From an uncultured Staphylococcaceae bacterium (GTDB taxonomy: Bacteria > Bacillota_I > Bacilli_A > RFN20 > CAG-826): 64,000 nt of DNA. The translations under genes and the position numbers were made by a program. The DNA is taken from NCBI GenBank assembly GCA_964410505.1, contig CAYPGR010000003.1, positions 31,809 to 95,808 of the forward strand, in the 5' to 3' direction. Below the pieces are notes generated by a model that saw only the letters and a list, made by a program, of their open reading frames with translations, made no database searches and was not told the DNA's origin. Every line of letters begins with the position of its first letter. The stretch's first letter is position 1. This document shows positions 47,517 to 57,854 of the stretch, one piece after another.

Positions 47517-48620
47517 TTATAGATCTAGAATATTTGAATATGAGAGTCCAAAGGCATTGGCGACTTCTTCATTCGTTAGTTTTCCTTTATAGGTATTAAC
47601 GCCTCTTCTTATGGCAAGCGTTTCAAGCGCTTTTTCTTTTCCTCGCGCAATCTTTAAGCCGTAATGAAGCGTCGCGTTATTAAGGGCTTCCGTTGTGGTC
47701 AGGGCGACTGCTCCTGGCATATTCGCGACACAGTAATGGGTAATTCCATCAACTGTAAAGACCGGATCAAGATGCGTCGTCGGTCGACTCACTTCCGTGG
47801 ATCCGCCTTGGTCAATGGCGACGTCGACAATGACGCTTCCAGGTGCCATTGTTTTGTAATATTCTCGTTTAATCAGTTTTGGTGCTTTCGCCCCCGGAAT
47901 AAGAACCGCCCCAATGACGAGATCTTGACTTTTAATCGTTTCACGAATATTCGCTTCACTACTATATAGAGTCGTCACTCGTCCACCGTAAAGGGTATCA
48001 ATCTCCACAAGCCGTTGGAGATTAACATCAAGAATGGTGACCCGTGCTTCAAGTCCGACTGCCATTTTAAGCGCGTTCATGCCGACAACACCCGCGCCAA
48101 TAATCATCACCCGTGCCCTTTTGACGCCCGGAAGACCAGAAAGAAGTAATCCACGGCCCCCAAACGGCTTTTGTAAGTATTTGACGCCTTCAAGAACACT
48201 TAAGCGTCCGGCGGCTTCACTCATCGGTCGTAAGCACGGCAATGTTTTGCCGTCTTCACTGATCGTTTCATAAGCGATACCAGTCACTTTATGTTCAAGA
48301 AGTTTTTTCGTTAGTTCTTCATTCGCCGCCAGATGGAGGAAGGTATAGATAATAAGACCTTCTCGAAAGAAACCGTATTCTTTTTCAAGTGGTTCTTTGA
48401 CTTTGACGATCATATCAACCGTGTCCCATACTTCTTTGGCGGAATCAACAATCTTCGCGCCATAGTGACGGTATTCTTCGTCACTAAAACCAGCCCCTTC
48501 ACCCGCGCCTTTTTCGACAAGGACTGAGTGGCCGTTTAAGATATATTCGTTGACACTACTGGGGGAAAGACCGACCCGATATTCCTGGGCTTTTATTTCT
48601 TTGACAGTACCGATAATCAT
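47517..48620 (-). CDS. ald: alanine dehydrogenase
   Basis: N-terminus MIIGTVKEIKAQEYRVGL. NAD-binding GAGVVGMNA. Typical 367-aa length. Confidence 0.9.
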   Translation of the reverse strand: MIIGTVKEIKAQEYRVGLSPSSVNEYILNGHSVLVEKGAGEGAGFSDEEYRHYGAKIVDSAKEVWDTVDMIVKVKEPLEKEYGFFREGLIIYTFLHLAANEELTKKLLEHKVTGIAYETISEDGKTLPCLRPMSEAAGRLSVLEGVKYLQKPFGGRGLLLSGLPGVKRARVMIIGAGVVGMNALKMAVGLEARVTILDVNLQRLVEIDTLYGGRVTTLYSSEANIRETIKSQDLVIGAVLIPGAKAPKLIKREYYKTMAPGSVIVDVAIDQGGSTEVSRPTTHLDPVFTVDGITHYCVANMPGAVALTTTEALNNATLHYGLKIARGKEKALETLAIRRGVNTYKGKLTNEEVANAFGLSYSNILDL

Positions 48621-48661
48621 ATTGTGCTCCTTAGGGGTCCACCTTAAATGGTGACCCTATT

Positions 48662-49633
48662 TTAAAGTCTATAGTGGTTGGTTAAGTATTTTTTGATGAG
48701 GTTAAGCAAAACACGTAAGTAACGCTCATCTTCTTCATCAAAATAATCATAATCATGAGAATCTAAATCAAGGACGCCAATGAGTTCATCATGCGCGTTA
48801 TATAAGGGTAAGACAATCTCACTATTTGAGCCTTCGTCACACGCAATATGGCCGGGAAATTCATGAACGTCCGGGACAATAAGCGCTTTTTGACTCGAAA
48901 AAGAAGCCCCGCAAACGCCTTTTGTATAGGCAATCGTTTCACAGGCCACTTTGCCTTGAAATGGGCCAAGAAAGAGGTGTTTGCCGTTATCTAGATAAAA
49001 GCCCGCCCATGACACTTTGGTAAAGGTGTCTTTGATGAGGGCGCTCATATTACTTAAAACACTTAAGGGATGCGAGTCTTTGGTAAAAAGAACTTCCGCG
49101 TGCCGTAATAAGTCACTATAAAGCATCCGCTTATTGACTTTCTTTTCTTCGGGCTTTAAATCATTTAATGAGATATGGCAATACCCATAGGGATTCTTCG
49201 TTAAATAGTCTTGATGATAAAGTTCCGCGTCATAAAAGTTTAATAAGGGCTTATTCTCCACGACAATGCGCGCTTTATAATTTTTTTGTTGCTCGGCTAA
49301 GAATTTTTTAATGATGGCTTCGTCGCTTGGATCACTAAAGTAAACCCCAGTTCGATATTGAGTGCCAATGTCGCCTGCTTGTTTATTTAAAGACGTTGGA
49401 TCAATAATGCGAAATAGATAACTTAAGATCTTCTCTAAGGTGATGACTTTGGGGTTATACATTAAGTATGTCGCTTCAACCGCATTTGTCGCCCCACTAC
49501 AAACAGCTTCATAACTTGGGCTATCAATAAGCGAGTTCGCGTAACCGACTTTTGTTTTTTTGACACCGGGGATGAGTTTAAAATAGGCTTCAACGCCCCA
49601 GAAACAACCCCCTCCTGCATAGATTTCTTTCAT
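48662..49633 (-). CDS. msrA: peptide methionine-S-sulfoxide reductase MsrA fused to a GAF-type free methionine-R-sulfoxide reductase (fRMsr) domain
   Basis: N-terminal GGGCFWGVEAYF. C-terminal GAF/fRMsr segment KGVCGASF...VPDVHEFPGHIACD...GVLDLDS. Confidence 0.7.
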   Translation of the reverse strand: MKEIYAGGGCFWGVEAYFKLIPGVKKTKVGYANSLIDSPSYEAVCSGATNAVEATYLMYNPKVITLEKILSYLFRIIDPTSLNKQAGDIGTQYRTGVYFSDPSDEAIIKKFLAEQQKNYKARIVVENKPLLNFYDAELYHQDYLTKNPYGYCHISLNDLKPEEKKVNKRMLYSDLLRHAEVLFTKDSHPLSVLSNMSALIKDTFTKVSWAGFYLDNGKHLFLGPFQGKVACETIAYTKGVCGASFSSQKALIVPDVHEFPGHIACDEGSNSEIVLPLYNAHDELIGVLDLDSHDYDYFDEEDERYLRVLLNLIKKYLTNHYRL

Positions 49634-49713
49634 GAGATTATTTTACTATATCTTTTAAAAAAACGCCTCAGTTTGCCTGAGACGTTAAAGGATGTCTTAA
49701 TAATTAAGAAAAC

Positions 49714-50535
49714 CTAAATAATATACGTCTTATCTTTCTTATTCACAAAGCCAAGCACAAGACTAACAAAAAGACCGGGCCGTTCATACATACTCGCATG
49801 ACCGGCATTTTCAATAATGATGTGATCGTTATGGGGCATCCGTTCTGCAAGATAAACTTGGTCTTCAATCGGTGTTAAGTAGTCTTGACGACTGCTGATA
49901 ATTAATGTGGGAGCGGTAATTGAACTTAACTTATCCCGCACATCATGGTTTTCGGCACTTTTCGTCAGCCGCACAAAGGCATCAACAATCACTTTATTAC
50001 TAAAGATCGGCGTTAAAAATTCTTCGCGCCGCTTCATCCAGGCAAGATTTTTGGTGTAGAAAGCGGGCGAGTAGATCATCGGAATTGACGTTAGGTAATA
50101 GGCTCTGCCGTCCCCCGTCGCCGCGGCTTTATTCCAGGCGTCACCAATATCTTTAAGCCAGGGTGACGTAAAGGCACACGTATTAAGTAAGACTAATCGT
50201 TCGACATATTGCGGGTATTTGGCCGCAAATTGGAGGGCCACTTCGCCACCATAAGAAATGCCAACAATCGGTAAATGAGTGATTTTTAAGAAATCAAGAA
50301 AAGCTTTAAGAAGTTCAACTTGATAATCTTGGGTATAGTTTTCCGTTGCCTTACTACTTTGGCCTTGATCTAGAAAGTCAAAAAGAATTAACGTATTCTT
50401 TTCTTTAAATTCATCAACAAAAGGCGTCCATGATTTAGTTGACATCATCACCCCATTCAGTAAGATAAAAGGGTTTGTCATGTCACCATGCACTTCATAA
50501 TAAAAGTGATAGCCTTGATAACTGAATAACGCCAT
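49714..50535 (-). CDS. alpha/beta-fold hydrolase
   Basis: Nucleophile elbow GISYGG. About 270 aa. Confidence 0.6.
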   Translation of the reverse strand: MALFSYQGYHFYYEVHGDMTNPFILLNGVMMSTKSWTPFVDEFKEKNTLILFDFLDQGQSSKATENYTQDYQVELLKAFLDFLKITHLPIVGISYGGEVALQFAAKYPQYVERLVLLNTCAFTSPWLKDIGDAWNKAAATGDGRAYYLTSIPMIYSPAFYTKNLAWMKRREEFLTPIFSNKVIVDAFVRLTKSAENHDVRDKLSSITAPTLIISSRQDYLTPIEDQVYLAERMPHNDHIIIENAGHASMYERPGLFVSLVLGFVNKKDKTYII

Positions 50536-50537
50536 CG

Positions 50538-51854
50538 TTATTTACCAGGGTGAAGGCCGACTTTAACGGCCTCACGCATAAGTCCTTCACGAAATTTAGG
50601 GTGAGCAATACTAATAAGACGTTCGACTCTTTCTTTAATGGTCGTGCCTTTTAAGTGCACCATCCCGTATTCAGTCACAACATATTCAATATCGTTACGT
50701 GATAAGGTAACAGGTGAACCTGGTTTAAGCATCGGCACGATTTTACTGACTTCTTCGCGTTCACCCGTATCCGGATTACGCACAAGCGCGGTACTATATA
50801 GGGCAATAAAAGAACGTCCACCCTTACTTCGTTGCGCGCCCGTTGCGGTGTCGACTTGCCCGCCGGTACCGCTAAATTGACGCGGACCAATCGCTTCACT
50901 ACAGCATTGACCCGTTAAGTCAATTTCAATCGTCGAGTTAATCGAAACTTGATTATCATTAAGGCCAATCACATACGGATCATTAACGTAATGACCGTCA
51001 AGAATTTGGACCAGCGGGTTATCATCTAAAAAGTCATAAAGTTCTCGTGTTCCTAAGGCAAAACAAGCGACCATTTTACCAGGGTGGGTTTTCTTAAATT
51101 TCCCACTGATGGCGCCAGCTTTATATAATTTCATAAAGCCTGTCGTCAGCATTTCGGTATGAACGCCTAAATCTTTTTTATGCACTAAGGCATTCGCGAC
51201 CGCGTTTGGGATACCGCCGATCCCAAGTTGTAAACAGTCACCGTCGTTAATACGTTCAGCAATAAGGTTACCGATGATTTTATCTTTTTCGGTTATTTCG
51301 CCGTCAGGTAAAACGGGTACTTCGTAATCCGTCTTAATAAGGTAATCGACTTCATCTATATGGATTTCAACATCCCCATGGGTGCGTGGTAAGTTTGGAT
51401 TAATTTCTAAAATCGTAATTTTAGCTTCTTTAATCGTCCGTTTTTCGTAAACGTTAGAAAGAGATAAAGACATAAAACCATTTTTATCAGGCATCGTCGC
51501 ATTGCCAATATAAATATCAGGCTTAACATGGGCGAGCCGGTCGGTGGCCGCAAGGTGCAAGTGATTCGGGATATAACGAATATTGCCGTTACTCATTGCT
51601 TTCCGTAAGGCACCACTTAAAAACCAACTATCAACGCGAAAGCGATCCGCGTATTCCTTTTCTGTAAAAAAGGGCGCATCGAGCATCGGTAAACAGTTCG
51701 TAACGGTCACATTTTTAATCTTCGGGTCAAGTTCATGAAGGCGTGAAAGAAATAGTCTTCCTTCTGCGGCCATCATGCCACTAAAGATTTGATCGCCACT
51801 TTTTACAAGTTTTAAGGCTTCCTCGACAGTGATTAGTTTATGTTGATAGTTCAT
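50538..51854 (-). CDS. acetyl-CoA hydrolase/transferase family protein (4-hydroxybutyrate / succinyl-CoA:acetate CoA-transferase-like)
   Basis: N-terminus VEEALKLVKSGDQIFSG. Family-typical GQCCSEAIGPRQFSGTGGQVD region. Confidence 0.75.
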   Translation of the reverse strand: MNYQHKLITVEEALKLVKSGDQIFSGMMAAEGRLFLSRLHELDPKIKNVTVTNCLPMLDAPFFTEKEYADRFRVDSWFLSGALRKAMSNGNIRYIPNHLHLAATDRLAHVKPDIYIGNATMPDKNGFMSLSLSNVYEKRTIKEAKITILEINPNLPRTHGDVEIHIDEVDYLIKTDYEVPVLPDGEITEKDKIIGNLIAERINDGDCLQLGIGGIPNAVANALVHKKDLGVHTEMLTTGFMKLYKAGAISGKFKKTHPGKMVACFALGTRELYDFLDDNPLVQILDGHYVNDPYVIGLNDNQVSINSTIEIDLTGQCCSEAIGPRQFSGTGGQVDTATGAQRSKGGRSFIALYSTALVRNPDTGEREEVSKIVPMLKPGSPVTLSRNDIEYVVTEYGMVHLKGTTIKERVERLISIAHPKFREGLMREAVKVGLHPGK

Positions 51855-51942
51855 ATATATTTATCTCCCTTGATGTGAACGTTTAAGTAAAGAAAGGGGG
51901 AGGGGAATGCCCTCCCCCTAAATCAGTAAAAGTTTAGTAAGA

Positions 51943-53253
51943 CTAAGCAGCGATTTTAGCGACGATATCGGCTAATGGTTCGGCATCAACGGCTTTAATA
52001 AAGCCATCATAATCAGCAGCTGGGTTTCCTTCACCAAAGGCATCTTTAGGAATAAAGACACGTTCGGTTAAGACTAATTGGTCAATACCCCAACGTTTAC
52101 CACCGGAGAAATCAACACCATTGGTGAATGGAAGGTCGATTGGTCCTTTTTCAAGGGCGGCAATGTAGTTGGCCCAGGTAATTTCATCGTCTTCACCTAA
52201 GGCGTTAAGACCAGCAATAAAGGTTTCAGCAGCGATGTAACCAGCTAAGGCGTAGGCAAAACCAGCACCTAAAGCAACGGTTTCTTCGTCAGCCGTAATA
52301 GCTCCAACAGTTTTGGCATTATTGATGGTTGCGACGAATTCTCCATATTGGACACCGAAGTTTGCACTATAAACGTCGACCCATGCGTTGGCAAAGACAC
52401 GGCGAGTTGCACTGATGTGATCTTTGTTAATTGCCGTGGTATTAGCGTTAACGTAAGATGTAATGACTGGGGCGTCAACTTCTTGAAGTGCTAATGAGGC
52501 AAGGAATTTACCAAATGGGACTTGGTTAGCAGCACCAATAATGGCATCAACATTGGCTTCTTTAATGGCGGTGGCGATTGAGTTGTAGTCAGTGGCATCT
52601 GGTGCCCCTTCAAACTTCACTAAATCAGTCGTCCGACCAAGCGCGGCCATTTGTTGTTCGACACCGGCAAGGATGGAACGGCCAGCATCTTCAGCAGTAT
52701 AGAAGACAGCGACTTTAGAGACTTCACCGAATTGAGCGGTTTCGGCTAATACACGGGCGGCCATAACACGGCCTTCTGTGCGATAAATAGGTTGGACGGC
52801 GAAGACTGGGTTTCCAACTTCTTCTTCTGTATATAAGGCGTTAATACCGGTTGCGGCATAGACCATTGGGACACCAGTTTCTTTGATGAAATCAAGCGTT
52901 GCACCGACTGTTGGGGTACCAAAGTGGCCGACAAGCGCGAATACTTTGTCGTCTTCAACGAGTTTCTTCGTTAAGGTTAAACCTTCAGTGGCACTAAATT
53001 GATCATCATAGTGCTTGAGTTCGACCACACGATCACGGAAGCCACCAGCCTCGTTAAGCTTGGACATCCGGGCTTTGAGTGCAGCGTTGAATGGCACACC
53101 AACGGTTGCAAAGCCACCGCTCGTCGCGGCTGTATTACCAATGATAATCTTCGTCTTGGTAACACCTTGTTGCCCTTTTGGGGCACAGCCTGTTAATGCT
53201 GCAACGCTGAACGCTGAGAGCATTAAGAGGGATAGACCTAATTTCTTCCTCAT
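51943..53253 (-). CDS. branched-chain amino acid ABC transporter substrate-binding lipoprotein (LivJ/K family)
   Basis: Lipobox LTGCAP. Periplasmic-binding-protein type I pattern. Last gene of the liv operon. Confidence 0.75.
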   Translation of the reverse strand: MRKKLGLSLLMLSAFSVAALTGCAPKGQQGVTKTKIIIGNTAATSGGFATVGVPFNAALKARMSKLNEAGGFRDRVVELKHYDDQFSATEGLTLTKKLVEDDKVFALVGHFGTPTVGATLDFIKETGVPMVYAATGINALYTEEEVGNPVFAVQPIYRTEGRVMAARVLAETAQFGEVSKVAVFYTAEDAGRSILAGVEQQMAALGRTTDLVKFEGAPDATDYNSIATAIKEANVDAIIGAANQVPFGKFLASLALQEVDAPVITSYVNANTTAINKDHISATRRVFANAWVDVYSANFGVQYGEFVATINNAKTVGAITADEETVALGAGFAYALAGYIAAETFIAGLNALGEDDEITWANYIAALEKGPIDLPFTNGVDFSGGKRWGIDQLVLTERVFIPKDAFGEGNPAADYDGFIKAVDAEPLADIVAKIAA

Positions 53254-53271
53254 ATTTTCCTCCTTTTTATC

Positions 53272-54003
53272 TTAACCGCCTAGATAGGCGGATATGAGTT
53301 CGTCATTTTGCAGGAGCTCGCTTGGTTTACCTTCTAATTTGATTCTACCAAGTTCGAGCAGGTAGGCATAATCGGCTATTTTCAACGTTTGTAACGCATT
53401 TTGTTCAACGATGAAGACCGAGGTACCTTCGGCAGCAATTTTACCAATAATGGTAAAGATATTTTGAATAATAAGGGGCGCAAGACCAAGACTTGGTTCA
53501 TCAAGCACGAGTAGTTTTGGTTTACCCATCAATGCGCGACCAATGGCGAGCATTTGTTGTTCACCGCCCGATAACGTTGACGCCCGTTGTTTTTTACGTT
53601 CCAGTAAGATTGGGAATAAGTCATAGACTTTGGCCAGATTATCCTTTATTTCTTGACGCATATTATCAACGCGTTTACGAATGGAGTAGGTGCCAACCAT
53701 TAAGTTTTCTTCAACGGTTAATTCCGTAAAGATTAAACGACCTTCTGGAGAAGTAATAATCCCTTTTGATGAAATCACATTGGGGGCAAGTCCATCAATA
53801 CGTTTTCCGTCGAAGAAGACGTTACCGCTACTTGGTTTATTAAGCCCATTAATCGTTTTAATGATCGTTGATTTCCCCGCACCATTCGCGCCTAAAATCG
53901 CAACGATTTGGCCTTTTTTGACTTCCATGTTAACGCCTTTGATCGCTTCAATCGGACCATATTTGACGTGTAAATTTTCAAGTTTTAAGATTGTTTCCGT
54001 CAT
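53272..54003 (-). CDS. livF: branched-chain amino acid ABC transporter ATP-binding protein LivF
   Basis: Walker A GANGAGKST, signature LSGGEQQML and Walker B LLVLDEPS. Confidence 0.85.
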   Translation of the reverse strand: MTETILKLENLHVKYGPIEAIKGVNMEVKKGQIVAILGANGAGKSTIIKTINGLNKPSSGNVFFDGKRIDGLAPNVISSKGIITSPEGRLIFTELTVEENLMVGTYSIRKRVDNMRQEIKDNLAKVYDLFPILLERKKQRASTLSGGEQQMLAIGRALMGKPKLLVLDEPSLGLAPLIIQNIFTIIGKIAAEGTSVFIVEQNALQTLKIADYAYLLELGRIKLEGKPSELLQNDELISAYLGG

Positions 54004-54005
54004 TG

Positions 54006-54839
54006 TTATTCACTCCCCAAATACGCTTCACGAACGGCAACGTTTGCTTGACATTCTTGTGGGGTGCCAACCATCAGCATTTTTCCAAAGTTAATGGCAC
54101 ACACGGTATTACTAATACCCATCACCAGTTTCATATCATGTTCGACTAAAAAGATGGTGGTGTTATACATCGAACGAATCATATCGATTGTTCGCGCGAG
54201 CTCAGCAGTTTCACTATCGTTTAGTCCGGCTGCAGGTTCATCAAGAATAATTAATTTCGGATCAACCATGAGCGTACGAGCTAATTCTATCTTCTTTAGT
54301 ATACCATAGGGAAGCCCATAGGGACTAATGTCTTTGTATTGGAAAAGCCCTAAAAACGCTAGGATATTGAGTGCTTTTTCACGTATTTTTGCTTCCTCTT
54401 TACGGGTATGCGGGAGTTTCAAAATTGAACCGGCAATAATTGCTTTATGATGGGTGGTATGGGTCACTAAAAGGTTTTCAAGAACCGTTAATTCCCAAAC
54501 GAGTTCAACGTTTTGGAAGGTACGAATAATACCATGCTTAATAACATCACTCACTTTGACATCATTTAAGTGAACGACTTTGCCTCCCTCACCTTGGAAG
54601 TAGACATCGCCACTTGTTGGTTTATAAAACTGGGTAATGCAGTTAAAGACGGTTGTCTTCCCGGCCCCGTTTGGACCAATGAGGCCAAAAATCTCGCCGC
54701 GTTTAACGTCAATTGATAAATCATTGACGGCGGTCAAGCCACCAAACTTCATGGTAAGGTTACGGACACTTAAGACGACATCTTCATTAAGGATAGGAAG
54801 ATCTTTTTTCGGTTGCTTAGTTTTGCGCAGTAACTTCAT
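54006..54839 (-). CDS. livG: branched-chain amino acid ABC transporter ATP-binding protein LivG
   Basis: Walker A GPNGAGKTT and Walker B LIILDEPAAGLN. Confidence 0.85.
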   Translation of the reverse strand: MKLLRKTKQPKKDLPILNEDVVLSVRNLTMKFGGLTAVNDLSIDVKRGEIFGLIGPNGAGKTTVFNCITQFYKPTSGDVYFQGEGGKVVHLNDVKVSDVIKHGIIRTFQNVELVWELTVLENLLVTHTTHHKAIIAGSILKLPHTRKEEAKIREKALNILAFLGLFQYKDISPYGLPYGILKKIELARTLMVDPKLIILDEPAAGLNDSETAELARTIDMIRSMYNTTIFLVEHDMKLVMGISNTVCAINFGKMLMVGTPQECQANVAVREAYLGSE

Positions 54840-55899
54840 CTTGATTCCCTCCTTTTTTTAATGCTGTTTTGGCTTTGCGCTCTTTGAGCCAAGCCGTCAC
54901 ATAATATTTTGATTTAAAGTAAAGTTGGCTGAGGCCACCAGGGTAGAATAAAACGACGATAATCATGAGTAACCCGTTAAAGATAAGGGTTAAGCTTGGG
55001 TATTTCACAAAGACATCAATGTTTTTTAAGAAAGCATTAATGCCGAAGATCAAGAACCCGCCGCCAACGATACCCCAGATGGAGGCCGTGCCACCGATAA
55101 CCACCGCTGCCAGAACGTTAAGGGACATATTAAGATTCCATTCCGTTAAGATCGCGAAACGTTGATTAAACATATAAAGGAAACCAGCAACCATCGCTAA
55201 GACGGAGGCAACGACGAAGGCTAAAATCCGATATTTAAGTAAGTTAACACCCATTGTTTGGGCCGCACTTTCACTATTCTTCATTGAAAGCATGGCGCGG
55301 CCAACCGGGCTTTTTGTTAGGTTATAAACAAGCGCCATAATGATCACAAAGAAAATCACGATGACAACAAACATATTTTCAGTTGTCAGCGAAATGAGGC
55401 CAAAGAGAATACTTTTCCTTGGCATCGATACGCCGTTAAAGTTACCGGTTAAGCCGTTAAGGGCAGTTAAACGGAATAACGCCACGACAATTTCGGAAAT
55501 CGCAAGTGTAATAATGGCGAGATACATCCCTTCAATCCGAAGCGAGATAAAGCCAACCCCGACCCCAAGAATAATCCCAATCAGCATGATAAGGACTAAT
55601 CCTATCATAAATGGCATATTAAGGACATGGACAAAGTAACGGGCTAAGAAGGCCCCAAGCCCGATAAAGGATGAGGTCCCCAGTGAGGCAAGACCGCCAT
55701 AACCTAGTAAGACATAGAAACCTAAAACGGCAATCGAGAAGATTAAGAAAATGCCAACTGTATTCACAAAGAAATTATTGAACACAATGCCGCGTAATAA
55801 ATTAACGACCACCAGTAAGAGACCAAAGACGACAAAATGCGCATACGCATTCTTTTTTACAAAGAGACCGATACGGTGCATGGTATTTTTAAAATTCAT
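54817..55899 (-). CDS. livM: branched-chain amino acid ABC transporter permease LivM
   Basis: Polytopic permease. Operon position. Confidence 0.75.
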   Translation of the reverse strand: MNFKNTMHRIGLFVKKNAYAHFVVFGLLLVVVNLLRGIVFNNFFVNTVGIFLIFSIAVLGFYVLLGYGGLASLGTSSFIGLGAFLARYFVHVLNMPFMIGLVLIMLIGIILGVGVGFISLRIEGMYLAIITLAISEIVVALFRLTALNGLTGNFNGVSMPRKSILFGLISLTTENMFVVIVIFFVIIMALVYNLTKSPVGRAMLSMKNSESAAQTMGVNLLKYRILAFVVASVLAMVAGFLYMFNQRFAILTEWNLNMSLNVLAAVVIGGTASIWGIVGGGFLIFGINAFLKNIDVFVKYPSLTLIFNGLLMIIVVLFYPGGLSQLYFKSKYYVTAWLKERKAKTALKKGGNQDEVTAQN

Positions 55900-55903
55900 A
55901 CAA

Positions 55904-56818
55904 TTACACCTTTTTAATCACTTTCTTGCCGAATAAGCCATATGGTTTAATCATCACGACGAGTAAGACAATCCCGTAAATAATAAAGGTACTATATTGG
56001 GATAAGAAATAATCACTAAAGCTACGAGTAATGGTAATAATGAAAGCCGCAACGACTGGACCATGGAAGGTTGAGAACCCACCAAGAACCGCAGCAAGGA
56101 AGCCTTGAATTTGAACGGTTGTCATCATCCCCACTTCACTCGTGGTTAAAAGACTCATCGTTCCCGCAAGGAAACTGGCGGCTAAAGAGCCAATCCCACC
56201 GGCAATCGCCCAACTAACGGCCGTAATCATTTTGGTATTAATGCCCATCATACTCGCCACTTTTTCATTATTAGCAGTCGCCCGGACAGCTAAACCCCAA
56301 CGGGTGAATTTAAGACTGAAGAATAAAATGGCTAAAATGGCTAATGAAATAATGAGGGCTACGAGAGCGTGATTACTAATAATCACCCGGTAATAACCAC
56401 GGACTTCATCATAAATGAGCCGTACACTGCCACTGACAATCGGGGGGACTTGAATATCACCCGCAAACGACACAAACAAGGGAATAATCCCTAATAAAAT
56501 TAAAACAATACCCATCGTAATCATTTGCTTACCGACAGGGGTGACAATTTTAGCCCGGCGAATAATACCGCGATCAACAAACACACCAACTAAGAATCCG
56601 AAGACAACCCCAACGAGGATTGACCAATAAATCGGAATCCCAAATTTTGAAAAGAATAATGCGGTGACATATGCCCCAAATGTTGAAATCATGCCTTGGG
56701 CGAAGTTCGTTGTTGTCGATGTCTTAAAGATTAAGATAATCGCAAACGATGACAACACTAAAAGTGCCGTTGGTAAGAACGCATTCGCTAATAATTGTAG
56801 GAAAAGGGCAAAGTCCAT
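55904..56818 (-). CDS. livH: branched-chain amino acid ABC transporter permease LivH
   Basis: Polytopic permease. Operon position. Confidence 0.75.
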   Translation of the reverse strand: MDFALFLQLLANAFLPTALLVLSSFAIILIFKTSTTTNFAQGMISTFGAYVTALFFSKFGIPIYWSILVGVVFGFLVGVFVDRGIIRRAKIVTPVGKQMITMGIVLILLGIIPLFVSFAGDIQVPPIVSGSVRLIYDEVRGYYRVIISNHALVALIISLAILAILFFSLKFTRWGLAVRATANNEKVASMMGINTKMITAVSWAIAGGIGSLAASFLAGTMSLLTTSEVGMMTTVQIQGFLAAVLGGFSTFHGPVVAAFIITITRSFSDYFLSQYSTFIIYGIVLLVVMIKPYGLFGKKVIKKV

Positions 56819-56819
56819 A

Positions 56820-57854
56820 CTACGCCTTTCCCCATTTAATCACATTTGCCGCCCAAACATAACCAATCCCAGCCGCAATCATCGCAATAACAGTGCCGTC
56901 TTTAATTTGGCCGCTTTGAACGCCTAAATGAATGGATAAAATTTGATCGATCTGACCAATATGGCCATAATCTTCTAAATAGATGCTTTGTTCGGGTTTA
57001 AGTCCGAGTTCAGCGACCATTGCTTCATGGCCACTGCGTTTCATATGAAGAATGGCTAAGAAACCAAGATCTTTACGGGTTAAATGTGATTTCCGTAAGG
57101 ATTCATCGATACATTTATACCAGTTATCCATACTCACGGCATTAAGACGATCCTTCATTCTAACGGGATCCATAAGCCGTAAGGACTTCTTACCTTCTTC
57201 TAAGTTTTCTTTGGTGTATGGTTTCGCGGTGCCGCCAATTTCGACCCCGGCACTACGGGCTAACGAACCATCACTGACAATATGTGAACCTAAGAGTAAG
57301 TTTGAATGGTGATTTTTCTTTAAAAGAATCGCACCACCGCCGGCCCCTAAGTTATACATCATCGACATATTTTTATCAGTGTAATCAACGAAATCACCAT
57401 TCCGGTAGCCACCGACAATGAGGACCGTGTTAATTTCGTCATCGGCTAAAAGCATATCTTTCGCCATCTTCATCGCGGTCACGGTTGTGCAGCAACGATT
57501 GGCGACGTCAATGCCCCAAGCATTGGTTGCACCGATCCGATCTTGAACATAAAGGGCACTGGTCGTTAATGGATATTCTTTCCATTCTTCACCCACACTT
57601 AAAATGACATCAATGGCTTTGGGATCAAAGCCTGTATTTTTCAGTAAGTCTAAAGCCGCCAGGGCGCCCATTTCTTGGGTGCCGTCTTCAGGACCATCAC
57701 CTGGGACAGGCTTTTGTTTAATCCCGAGTTTGGCGATGACGTTTTCTTCACTCCAAATACCATTTGTTGCATCGGCAATTTCTTTGGCGGTCATCACCTT
57801 GTGTGGAAAATAAACACCAGTACCGACTATCCCAACAACGTCTTTCTTCGACAT
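56820..57854 (-). CDS. 3-oxoacyl-ACP synthase III (FabH/KAS III) family protein
   Basis: DVANRCC aligns with the FabH active-site Cys segment. About 340 aa. Thiolase fold. Confidence 0.65.
   Translation of the reverse strand: MSKKDVVGIVGTGVYFPHKVMTAKEIADATNGIWSEENVIAKLGIKQKPVPGDGPEDGTQEMGALAALDLLKNTGFDPKAIDVILSVGEEWKEYPLTTSALYVQDRIGATNAWGIDVANRCCTTVTAMKMAKDMLLADDEINTVLIVGGYRNGDFVDYTDKNMSMMYNLGAGGGAILLKKNHHSNLLLGSHIVSDGSLARSAGVEIGGTAKPYTKENLEEGKKSLRLMDPVRMKDRLNAVSMDNWYKCIDESLRKSHLTRKDLGFLAILHMKRSGHEAMVAELGLKPEQSIYLEDYGHIGQIDQILSIHLGVQSGQIKDGTVIAMIAAGIGYVWAANVIKWGKA

Noticed and set aside
47292-47522. 76-aa plus-strand ORF overlapping tRNA-Leu
   Set aside because: It overlaps a confidently folded tRNA gene and translates low-complexity sequence. 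Spurious.
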